Made by a program: the position numbers and the translations under genes. From Entomortierella parvispora E1425 (lineage: Eukaryota > Fungi > Mortierellomycota): a stretch of DNA of 64,000 nt. The DNA lies in the NCBI GenBank assembly GCA_020891255.1, contig BQFW01000006.1, positions 806,001-870,000 on the forward strand, written 5' to 3'. The notes beneath the pieces were generated by a model. The model ran no database searches. It was not told where the DNA came from and saw only the letters and a list, made by a program, of their open reading frames with translations. How positions within the stretch are numbered: position 1 is the stretch's first letter; each line of letters begins with the position of its first letter. This document shows, piece after piece, positions 47,972 through 58,910 of the stretch.

Positions 47972-49356
47972 TCAGTGGTATAGATCTAGGTCGATATCCA
48001 AACAAAAAAAAAAGTCAGTTGCTCGCCGTGAGTCTACTACACTCCATCCTTCGTCCCTCAAAAATGCAATATCTACTTCACTTACCGTTCGCTTGGGTGG
48101 CAAAGGTGAGGATTCGAAATGCACAATATCCAATGGCTTGAACACAAGCAGACAGAAGTTATCCAGGGCTATATCATGCAAGATCTTGGCAGGGTTATCG
48201 TTTCGAATCCCCACTTTGGCACCTCCTACTGTCGTCGCTGTGGGCGATAAAGGTGCATCCTGATCCGCAGCTGACGCTGTAGAGTTAGTCGAGGCTCCTG
48301 TATTCCATCGCGATCGGAAGGAGGCAATGGACGACACGGGTGAGGAAGGCGAAGATACGGACGTGTTGGTAGTGCCATCCTGTGACATCTGACTATCCCG
48401 ATTGCCAGCCTTTCCTTTTGCTGTCACTGCATCCGTGAGATCCTCCATGGCTAAGCACTGAAAAGCTGTGGGCGGTGCCCGAGGTGTCGATCCTGTGACA
48501 GGCCAAGTAAACGAGGCTCTCGTCTTGGCAGGCAGCTTGCGCCAATGCTCCACTCGTTTGTTCTCCCAGAATTGGCCTGACACTTGACGTTGTGCTGCAT
48601 CGGCCGCCCCAGGTGCTGTGCTACCGAGAATATGAGGCAAGACAGGCGGGGTGTATCGAGTGACTTGACGGGGAGCAGAACAGATGTAGAACTTTCCAGT
48701 CAGGTGAAAATATTCACGCGACTTTGGCATTTGCCTAGAAGAGTAAGGAGAGGACGGATTAACCACAGGCAGGGTGACCGAGAGAAAAGAGGAAAGAGTG
48801 ATTGGGTTTCAACCCCTTGTAACGTCTGTCATTCTGGTCCACGTTATTTTTCATTCTCTCCGTGTGGTTTTTTTCTTTTTGGTTTGCAACTTTTTTCTTC
48901 GGAAGAGAAGTAGGAAGAGAGGAAGGGCCACTCACCAAGCAAGCTGTCCTGCTTGGTTACTCTGAACGGTAGATAGCAGGTTCTGGTCTGTCATGGACAT
49001 GAGGAACAGCAGATAGCGTCCATCCTCCTGAAGAAAATCCTGGAACTGAACCGCCAGCAAGGTGACAGCGCCGAGTCGCGTCTTGGACGCCAGATGCAAG
49101 TAGACTGCAAGGATGCCAACCCAAACAGAACGACAAGGAAAGAAGAGGAAACAGCAGATGGTCAGAATCGATTGAGTATCCAACAGCAGGGGGTGCACCA
49201 ATGCAGAAGACAAGTCAGTCCGTTACTGGGATCTTCGCTGCGTCCATAGTTGGCCTTGTGGGCCTTCTGCAAGACCTGAGTCCATGCGGGCCAGCCGTCA
49301 GGTCCGAGCAGGTTGAGTCCTGAGAGGGTACGTTCCACAGCTTGCAGCGAAGTCAT
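47972..49356 (-). CDS. Pyridoxamine 5'-phosphate oxidase-like (Alr4036/YGR017W-type split-barrel) protein, divergent; 3 exons
   Basis: WPAWTQVLQKA, YLHLAS...AVQFQDF, LAWQMPKSREYFHLTGKFYI, HWRKLPAKTRASFTWP and ALDNFCLLVFKPLDIVHFE...KRTV. Introns 49226-49105 and from 48935 are phase-consistent. Confidence 0.7.
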
Positions 49357-49626
49357 CCTGAAGAAGAGTGAATGCTGAGAGGGCGGCTTGAGCGAATGAA
49401 GGAATGAAGAAAGGAATGAAAAGGTGGAAAACAAGACGAATCGAATCGAATCGAAGCCCACGAGTGAATGAGCAGAATGAATGAGCAGAGCCAGCCCAAG
49501 TCCAGCCCTGCCCACAGGAGAGAGACGGACGGGGCACCTCTGCCAGGGCTGGCTAATTTCATTAGTGCGAACAAATCATCGCGGTTGTGAGCACGCGCAC
49601 CTCCATCATCGCATCGCTTGTTTATT

Positions 49627-51515
49627 CTATTGCCGCTGTTGCTGCCGTCCTTGTTCTTGCTCTTCTTTTTCTTCGTCCCCTTCCTCTAGACCATCGTCGT
49701 CCATGGGTATATCAAACAAAGCGGGGTCCTCTCTCAATTCCTCTATCAAATCCAGATTCTCGGGAGAGAGTCTCGATTCAACGCGACCCCTCACCTTCTC
49801 TTCTCCGCCAACCTTGTTTCCTTCCTCTTGCTCGCCCTCTTGTCTGTTAGATGTTCCGTAGGACAGAGATGAAGGTGAGGATGATCGCGACAGCGAGGCA
49901 ACGGAAGGCGGAGGGGCAAGACCCAACTTCTTCTCCATGTCCACCCACTGAAACTGACCGCACGTCTTGCCTTCTTGTGACCCCGCCGCATAGCACATAT
50001 AAAAGTACTTGCCATAATTGGCCTTGTTCTTGAACACACACCGTAGCACCATGGCCACACCACATTGACAGACTGGCGTCTCCTGCGGTGAGAACCCCTC
50101 CCGTCGCAATCGATATGTGATGTTGATGCGGGCGGTTCCACTAATCGGATGCGGTGTCACCGTGGCCTGCGTTGGTACTTCATGTTTCCACTCCTCCTGC
50201 ATTGGTGGCCACATCACCAAGAGACTGTTGTGCGGCAGCGCTATACTGATCATTTGACTGGCCGTGTCGGGATTTTTGGCATCCGGGACCACTTTACGGA
50301 TCCGAAAGAATCGAGTGGCGCCTAGAGTCAGTGAGCCGATCGTCGGTCGTGGACCAAGGTAGGTCAGCTTATCTGCATGCCACCCGACGGATTCTTTCGA
50401 ATGAGCGTAGTGATTTACGGCCGCGACGTTACATTTCCAAGGCCCTTGTACCTCATAGGGATGTCTACGTCCATAATACATAAAAAAAACCCCCCCGACC
50501 ATGCAACGTTGTCAGCCTTCAGTTCGACCGTAGGGAGGGACTGCACTCACATTCTTTTCATTACAATAAAGACCTACATTGTTCGCGACTTTCGAAGATC
50601 ATTCACTATATCCCGCACAATCATTTTTGCTTCATTCATCTCTGGCAAAAACTGCCTTGGCGGGTCTTGTTTGCGCCCATTATACGTCCATCCGGCGACC
50701 TCCTCTAGGTCATCTTCTCTGTCTGCGAAATAAGATGTCTTGTGAGGGGACTCGACCATCCGTTCGAATAGCCACCATCGGTTCCGATTCCAGGTCTCTG
50801 AATCCTCCAACATGACTTTTAATAGGCGGTTCGACAGGTCTTTAGGCAGGACATTAAAAATAAGTGTACAGGGGCAGTTCTTGGCCACATCTTCGGGTTT
50901 ATACAGTATGAGAGGTTTGATCCGTGGCGTACTGCTTGAGGACTCGTCCACGCCATCCTTCCAGCGCAGTCGATCGTATACGGAAGGAAGGTGGATAGAA
51001 TTCGAATGGTCATCTTCACCATTAGCAGTTGTAGAAGAGCGATAGAGTAAGGAGGCAGAGTCGAGAGAAGAGTGATGTAAAGATCGCTGGCGACTGCTAC
51101 TATCTTGACCAAGTGTGGAGGTCGTGGAAGGAGAATGCAAAAATGTAGAGAGCCGCGGCTGGATTAGCCTTTGCCTCTTCCTCGCCTGTTGGGTATCCAT
51201 TGCTGTATTCGGGTTCTTGATGCCGCTGGTGGTGGTGCTGCTGCCGTTACTGAGAATGAAAGGAATGGCCTCCTCAAGGTCTCCTTTAGCAGAGACCAGG
51301 GCGCTGTGCAGGGTGTGGACAGACGCATTCTCAAAGATTGAGAACAGCGTAGCCAATTTGTGATCCCAGTCTGGGTCGTTGTGCTGCAGTGAGGTGTCGT
51401 CTTCTGACTCTGGGTCTGTCCTATGCTTATTGCTGTAGTTGCTGTTTTGATTGTTGTTACTATTGCTGTTATTGCTCTTGCTGAATTGGGTGTGGTGGTG
51501 AGGGAATGTCGACAT
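49627..51515 (-). CDS. AlkB-family (ALKBH2/3-like) 2OG-Fe(II) dioxygenase with N-terminal CUE-like domain and C-terminal GRF zinc finger; 2 exons
   Basis: NHYAHSKESVGWHAD, LPHNSLLVM...WKHEVP, RINITYR; CUE-like KLATLFSIFE...LVSAKGDLEEAIPFIL; GRF CQCG...GKYFYMC...CGQFQW. Confidence 0.9.
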
Positions 51516-51721
51516 TGCGCATGGGATCAAAAAGGGTCAAATTGCAAATTCGGTGTCGAATCCTTCTGGTTTGAATACATACGCCACCAAATTCATTTGA
51601 CTGTCAATCAATCAATTACAATGATGTTTTTTTTTATTTCCTTTCGTACTGAATCAATGAAGTTTGGAGTGGAGTGAGAGTGGAGGGAAATAATACTCTT
51701 GCTTATCGCTCAGGGATCCGT

Positions 51722-53533
51722 TTACCAATCGACCTTGCACGCATTGATGGTCGCACTGTGCTTGCTACAGTATCCCTTGTTATCCAGAGCAAAAGCCCAG
51801 TTGTGCTTATTGCAGAACAGCGTGTTGCCAACCACGACTCCCTAATGAGAATATATGTATGGATGATAGTGGATCAGCAATTAGTATCTTAGCTATCTGA
51901 ACATCCAACTGACTAGAGTTTTTATCATTTACCTTGGTGGCAAGATCAACATGCTTGTGTGGACAATACCGGTCCACCTCATATGTTTGACCGTTTCCTG
52001 CCGTCACGCGGATGCGATTGCCCATGGGCTGAATGCGTCCTGGACCAGGCAGCAGAGCAGAGTTACCAGGCGTCTTCATGAATGGAAGTTGTGCTGCTGG
52101 AATTGTGGGTGTGCTGATTTCCTCTGAATCCGTGTCTGAGGAAGAAGACGAAGAAGAGGATGACGAGGACGATGTCGACGAGCATGCTTCTTCATCTTCT
52201 CCATCAACCTTACGCTCCTTGTCCTTCTTCTTTGACTTGTCCTTCTTGTCCTTGTGGATCATTACCAAGCCGTCCTCAGTCGTCGTTGTTTGTTCTGTCT
52301 GTACTTCTCCCTCAACAGCTTCCTTGTCCTTCTTTTCCTTCTTGTCATCCTTCACACTGAGCTTTTCCATTTTCCGGCTCATTTCCTGCTTTTTACGCTC
52401 CTTCTTTTCCTTCTTCATCTTTTTTTTGTCGCTCTTCATCTTGGCGTAGTCTAAAAAGAGCCACAGCATGGAAGGGAAGGCAAGTTAGCAAATCTTGGTT
52501 TCATTTAAGACGACAGATTGACCATCGCAGATTGTTGTTAGCAGCTATTCGGTCCTGGATTTGTTGTCGATTGGTCGTCCGGTGGGATGTTTGTGTGGGT
52601 CGGGAGCGATTTATTGATGATAATGCATTGATTTTGATTTTGTTTTGTAGATTCCTGTGATGTGCTTTTCTCCCTTGGAATGTAGCGCGTTGGAAAGGGT
52701 ATTGTTTGTTGCAGTGATGACGGTCCTGAGATGAGAGGATAGCGATGTCCTGAGGCTGCTCAATATCCCTTATGCTTTTTCTTCTTACCGACAGGAGGGT
52801 TCACGGCCTGGCGCAAGAGGTCCTTCACAAGAGGGAGCAATTCAATTTCCTAGTTGCAATGCAACAAAAACACAGAAAATGGTCAAGTTATTAGAGTCAG
52901 GAAAAGTCTACTGGACTTCCATAGCGAGGCGCATATAGAGTGTAAAGAGATCACATCATATGCCCTATTTACCTTCCAACTCTCTGGAGACAGGACTCGG
53001 AGCTCCTTCACAGTATAAATTCTGTTCCTCTCCAAGATATCCACATCCTTTTCAATGTCTCGTGACGACCACGAACGTTCAGCACCGATTTGCTCCAGCA
53101 AAGTTGACGCTTTCTATGTGGTGTTTCCACAGATCATAATGAAGATGAGAACAGGTCAGAGGACTGTCTCTAACATAAGAGGAACTTTGGATCCACTCGT
53201 TTGTTTGCTCCTCATCCAGTTAACAAGGCCAAAGAGAAAGAGGGCTTTGAAACCATCAAAGTCCTGGGGACCTTTTTTTTTTACCATCGAGTCAGGAATA
53301 TAAGTGTCTAAAAGGTATTTGTGCAACAATGAGAACCCAGTTAATACATGAATGCATCAGAGGTCTGGCGTCGGATCCTCGGGATCCCCTTCGGGGTAGA
53401 CGGTTTTGTGTCCGTGGGAGGAATTAGCACAAAGGAGATCATTACCTTGTGCCTCCTGATTAGTGGGCTCTGGCATGGCAGCCATATACGCCGCAAAGAG
53501 AGAACCTCCTCCTCCTCCTTCCTTCTTGCCCAT
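51722..53533 (-). CDS. Six-exon protein: small helical (SAM-like) domain, Lys/Glu-rich region and Rieske [2Fe-2S] domain
   Basis: Exons 53533-53446, 53307-53285, 53113-52973, 52849-52789, 52450-51933 and 51841-51722 are all GT-AG and phase-consistent. The product contains CPH-x17-CNKH. Confidence 0.82.
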
Positions 53534-53920
53534 GATGAATTAGATTGCTTTAGTGTTGATGGACTGGTCCAGAGTAGGACGATGTGAGTGAGTACGCGGG
53601 AGGGTGGGTACAGATGGAGCAAGAGGAGGATGAAATGAAATGTGAGCACCGAAGTGAGTCCGAAGTGAGTCCGAAGTGGAGTCCGAAGTGTGTCTGGTGT
53701 GGTGTGTTCCCTGCCTGCCTGCCTGCAAAAAAAAAAAAAAAATAGCGAGGGGTGAACCCTCGCTATTTGACCGCGGTTTTCCAGATTTAGCGATCTCTAT
53801 TTGACCGATCCGATCCTGCACCTTCTGTTGCTGACCATCTGATAACGGTACTGCGGAGGGAATGTTTCGTCATGCTGTCTGTTTTCTTTTCAAGCGATAG
53901 CAGCCAAGTAGATGCGAATG

Positions 53921-53956
53921 GTTGTATTGGTTGTATTGGTTGTATTGGTTGTATTG
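53921..53956 (+). repeat. (GTTGTATTG)4 9-bp tandem repeat
   Basis: Four adjacent copies in the desaturase 3' region. Confidence 0.85.
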
Positions 53957-54021
53957 TGCTGTATTGTAATGAGTTGCAATGAAATTAAAAAGAACGGGGG
54001 AATATGAGAAGAGGTCCACTC

Positions 54022-55405
54022 TTAGTCGCTCTTCTTCTGGGCATCGAGGGCCATCTCCTCGTATGCATGCTCGTCCGCACGACGAATTTTGCCAACAGTC
54101 TTGCGAGCAGCCTTGTGATCCTCGATCGAGCGACCGAGACGGGACTGGGGGCCGTAGCCGGGTTCGGTGATGAACTTCCAGTGGACAAGCAACCACGAGG
54201 TGTGGTATGCCATTGAGTCGTAAAACTCGGGAGCCATGGCACGAACAGCGGGCAAGCGGGACCAAGCGACCTTGGTAACTAGATATTTTAGGGGGAAGAA
54301 TCCAGTCGATGAAGGTGAGTAAAAGTAATCTAAAACGAAATAAGAACAACAGCCTGCCACAGAGGAACACTCCCAAATTTTTCTTTTTTTGAGAGCCGCC
54401 CCGGAAAGGACGAACCAAATCGCTCGCTTCATTCCAGTTTTACGGGAACCATTGAAAACCCTAACAGAAACTTGTAAAACAAAGTGGGAACTTACAGTCA
54501 TGGTGCTCCATGTGAAGACCAATGTTCATGTAGGGCTTGTTAAGGATGCCGTAGTAAGAGTAAGTTTCCTGACCGTCGTCAAAGGTATAATGCTCCTGAA
54601 TGAAATGGGCTGCACCGGGGTGAAGACCATAGCCGAACCAGAGCGACACAAAGAGGTAAAGGAGACCGCGGAGACCGCAGAACTTGGCCACGAGTACATC
54701 CGTAGTGAGGGTGAAGATGATGTTGTAGATCTCCCATGTGGAAGGGGTCTTCTTCATGGCAGCGCCGCGGACGACGTACATGAGAGGGTAGATGAACAAC
54801 CAGAGGAGCTTCAGAGCAGCGTTACCACGGATCATCTTCTTTTCCCACTCCAAAGGAAGATCGGGATCCATACCGGTGACACCCTGGTAGGTGTGATGCT
54901 CGAGATGGTAGCGACGGAAAGAAGCATAGATTGGCACGGGGATACCAATGTTGGCAGTCAATCCAACCAACTTGTTCAAAAAGACGGTAGGGGCAGCATG
55001 GTTATGGGTAGCCTCGTGGATCAAGACTCCGTAGAGGGCTGTGATCGATCCTCCCACACAGTAAGCAAAGACAATAAAGCCCCAGAAAGTCTCTGTCCAG
55101 ACTCGGCCAAACAGGTATGCAAAGTACACCTGGGCAGCAGCTGCGGCGATAGTGACGAAGGAAGTCCTGGAATCATGACCGTAGAGGCTCTCAATCTCGG
55201 GATGCTTCTTGAGGATGGCGAGCTTGCGCTTCATGTGAGGCTCATCCAAGTTGTCCATGGCAAGGTCATCATCCTTCCTGGGGTCCGACTTTATCCAGTC
55301 ACCAAGGTAGAGAGGGAAACGGTTGTCGAGGGTCTTGGGGTCCTTCTTGGGGAGGAGATCCTTGTACTTTTCCCGCTGGTGGACTGTCGGTGATGGGTTT
55401 GACAT
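54022..55405 (-). CDS. DES1: Sphingolipid delta-4 desaturase (DEGS/DES1 family); 2 exons
   Basis: EPHMKRKLAILKKHPEI, His boxes HEATH, HLEHH and HMEHH, HPGAAHFIQEH, and after the intron FTKVAWSRLPAVRAMAPEFY. Confidence 0.95.
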
Positions 55406-55714
55406 GATGAGTTGTAGGCGAAGTGGGTGAAGAGGAAAGGATGAAGGAAAAAAAAAAAAAAAAAAGAAAGGATGAAATCAGGGACAAAGATGATGTGCTG
55501 AAAAAGGGGAGATTGAAATCAGGTCGGACGCACCCTCCAGCCAGTCAGGCCAGGCACGCACGGCTGGGCTCGCCGCATTTGGAGGCCGAGGAACGAACGA
55601 GACGGGGCGAATGGGAGAAGGGGAAAGGTGGGACGATGTTGGCTGTGAGACTAAAATTATTCCAGTTGTATCACGTGCATAGAGAATATTTATTTTTTAG
55701 TTGTTATTAATAAG

Positions 55715-56310
55715 TTGTTTCAGGTTCGGCTGTCCTAGTGCAAGTGATGCAGGCGAGGCCGCCCTTGATCTTTTTTTCTTTTTTTTTTTTTTTTTTTTTT
55801 TTTTGCATTGCGCCATCCCTGCAGGCGTGTTTTTTTATCACAATATTAAATGGGAAGAGTGGCCATTGTCCGCAGAAGTACCTGTTCCCAGTACTGTACA
55901 GGTCCAGTTGTCTCACGATACAGGTGAAGCTATTAGTCAAGCTGTCTCACGATACAGGTGAAGCTGTTCGCCAGCACAGGCAAGCTGTTCCCCAGCACAG
56001 GCAAGTTGTTCCCAGTACAGGTCAAGCTGTCTCACGATGCAGGTGAAGCCGTTCCCCAGCACAGGTGAGGGTTCCCAGTACAGGTCAAGCTGTCTCACGA
56101 TGCAGGTGAAGCCGTTCCCCAGCACAGGTGAGGGTTCCCAGCACCGGCAAGCTGTTCCCCCAGCTGCCTGCAGAACAGGTGAGGCTGTCCTTGTGTCTTT
56201 TTTTTGCACCCGCCGTCCTTGCATGCATGTTTGTTTATTGTCACTTCGCAGAACTACAGTACCTGTTTCAGTGCAGGTGAAGTTGTTCCCCCAGCACAGG
56301 TGAAACTGTT
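55715..56310. repeat. Structured minisatellite of 18-22 bp units with a 63-bp exact duplication
   Basis: Units GCTGTTCCCCAGCACAGG and GCTGTCTCACGATACAGG. 56008-56070 is repeated exactly at 56071-56133. Confidence 0.9.
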
Positions 56311-56444
56311 CTTCGTGTTGCACAACGCACTGCTGGTTCTGTTGTTCAATTCATAGCCAAAGCGGTCGTTTGTGCGACCAAAATCACCGCTTTCGCTGTC
56401 ACTGGCTCAGCAGTCTTTTCCACTGTAATTTTTAGTCGCGTCTT

Positions 56445-57016
56445 TCAGATGCCACTCATGATATCGTATGTATCCCCCGTTGCACCGGCATCGAACGTAC
56501 CCGCGTTCGCAGCATTGACCAGTGCCGATACGGCCCCATTTGAACCCTCATGTTGCTCAGATGTTGCACCGCTTGTCCTTGCCTCTGCGCCTGCGCCTGT
56601 AGTTGTTCTATGCCACTCATGAAGGATGGGGAGCTCTCCATCGCCAAAAACCGGTGACCAGTAATGTGTCCTTGGCCTGTCTGGTATATGCAGTTTTGAC
56701 AAGCACCAAAGTCCACGCAGTCCTGATAATGATATCGAATCCCCACAATAGGATTCGTGAAGCAGAGATCGCAGGATATGTCTTCATGAACCACTAGAGT
56801 AATATCAAAGCAGGAAGAGGGTAAGCACGCCTATTCATAGCTTCTTTTGATTGCACCACCATGGAAACCTTTCTCACCTTGAGACGCTTTAGACGCTTGG
56901 AAAGTTTTGAGCTTGAGTTTGTGTCCGGGAATATGATTCTTGGGCGCCAGAGGAGCACAACTCACACAGGCAATAAAATCACCAAATGTGGAAATTGCGC
57001 ATCCAGCGATGGGCAT
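56445..57016 (-). pseudogene. Decayed gene with two ZZ-type zinc-finger remnants
   Basis: HEDISCDLCFTNPIVGIRYHYQDCVDFGACQNC...HITGHRF and PIAG...DFIACVSC...NHIPGHKL. Ligands are lost and frames are broken. Confidence 0.6.
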
Positions 57017-57746
57017 TACTTTTTATTAAAAGTCTTGCAGCTCGGACACGAACAGACGATTGGACTCGCACGCTCCGAAAGGGCGAGATATGTGCGTGTG
57101 TAGCTTAGAATTGGAGGGGCATTTGAATGGGGTTGGAGTCGAGCCTTTCTACCGCGCAACAAGCTTGGGGTAGAGAGTCAAGTTCAGATTACAACCGAGA
57201 GTGTCTTTAATAAGAAGGTACAAGACAGAATGGTGAAATGAACGCTAGGAAGTCCCTCCGGGAGTACAAGATAACCGATTGACCCCCTATTTATGATGAA
57301 ACTGAAGGCCTGGGTGGCTGGCAATCGAATATAGGGTAGGTAAGGAAAGTAGTGAGGAGGAGAGCTCATTTGCTCAACGCATCCTGGAAGAGGAGAGTCC
57401 ATTGTTTCAAATGAGGGTGTTTCGCTCACGGGCCTGTGCATGTTGCAAAAAATAGGACATCTCTCAAAGATCCTGGCCACAAAGACTTCCAGGGTCTGGA
57501 TTTCCCTGGAAATGTCGGCGACAGTGGTGCAAATAGTGCGTCCCAGCAGTTAAGTCAAAGCAGACGGCGATATTTTGTTTCTTTTGCACAAACATAAGTT
57601 TTTTTGGTGTTGAGGTTGGTTTTATTTAGGTTTGTCCACGTTGTGGTCGTGGAGTCTGTGCGACCGATCGATGCGAAGCAAGCTTCCCGCCAGGGGGTGC
57701 AACGACGAGACGATGACCGACTGGACTGATTGCGTTCAGACAAAAC

Positions 57747-57950
57747 TCACTTGCCAGCATGAGAGTCGCAGGTTCCAAAGTAACAGCTGAAGCGCTTAAC
57801 AAGGACGCCGGCTGCGTTGTTGGACGGCGACAAGGACTCGGTGTGGGGACCAGGAGCTGCGGCTATAGCGTGAATTGGCGCAGGAGCACTCACTACCAGG
57901 TAGGCGAGCTGAAAGAGGAGGGCCAGGCAAGCAATGACTTTGAGGTGCAT
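57747..57950 (-). CDS. Small secreted prepropeptide (signal, pro-region, KR, Cys-containing peptide); defensin-like, possibly frameshifted
   Basis: MHLKVIACLALLFQLAYLVVSA, dibasic KR, then FSCYFGTCDSHAGK-stop. Confidence 0.6.
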   Translation of the reverse strand: MHLKVIACLALLFQLAYLVVSAPAPIHAIAAAPGPHTESLSPSNNAAGVLVKRFSCYFGTCDSHAGK

Positions 57951-58910
57951 GGTTATTTTGTGTTTTGTTTAGGACGGGTGAAAGGCAGATTTGAGGTTTT
58001 GGTTATTGCTGGCTTTGACTGCTGTTGTTGAGGCTGCTGCTGCTGCTTGCTGAGGTGTGTCGACTGGTCGGGAGAGTGGTTGTGAGATGGGATGTGAGTG
58101 ATGTGTGAGAGAAAGAGAAATGGTTGAGAGTTGAGAGTTGAGAGGTTGGGTTCTTATTTTGGACTAGCCTTCAGGCTGGACCGCTTGCTTCATAAAAACA
58201 GTGACAGAGACAGAGAGCCATGCCCAGCTACCTCACAAGTGAATCAGGGACTTGAATCGTATGAGCCACCAGTAATCAGGACCTGCTGTGAAAGCAGTAT
58301 GAATTTCCAACTGTCCTTGCATGCCTTCCTTTTTTTTTTAGTCCAGGAGGCGCTCGACTCTACTTCCCTTTGGACCAATGGATTCTGATTACTCAACTGC
58401 TAGGAGTCAAAGTGAGCGAGCGCAAGACAAGAACGAGACGGGACAAAAACACACGGCCGCCTTTTTGTTCTCGTGGAGGAGAGAGAGGATCCAGGCACAC
58501 TTTATCTCCTCCTTCCTCCCTCTTTGTGTTCATTGGAACAAACTTCCTTTCTGCAAGCCAGAGCAAAACAACACCCACATGCAGCAGATTTCCCTTCTCG
58601 AGCTGCGTCCAAGCTTTCCCTATGCCCAATGAAGACCCGTGTGAAAGGAGGAGATAAAGGACGGATCGTCCATATTTGGTGCACATAGTCATTCAGACAT
58701 AGATTGGAGATCAGGAATGGTTTGATTTTGTTTGTTTTTTTATTGTTTTTTTTTGACAAACAAGCTGGTACAGCTGATTGCGCCAAAAAAGAGGGTGGTG
58801 TTTTCTTTCATGTGAAGTTGTGAAAACAAGACTGAGGGTGATGTTAGACTATATGACAAGGATTTTGGGGGATGGAATGCAATGGTTTGGATTGGGAAGA
58901 GGGGATGCAT

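Noticed and set aside
54389-55393. 334-aa plus-strand ORF
   Set aside because: Antisense shadow of the desaturase, produced by biased codon usage.
55715-56310. CRISPR-like repeat-spacer array or coding repeat
   Set aside because: The units are contiguous with recurring cores rather than unique spacers, the context is eukaryotic, and the overlapping ORFs are just translations of the repeat.
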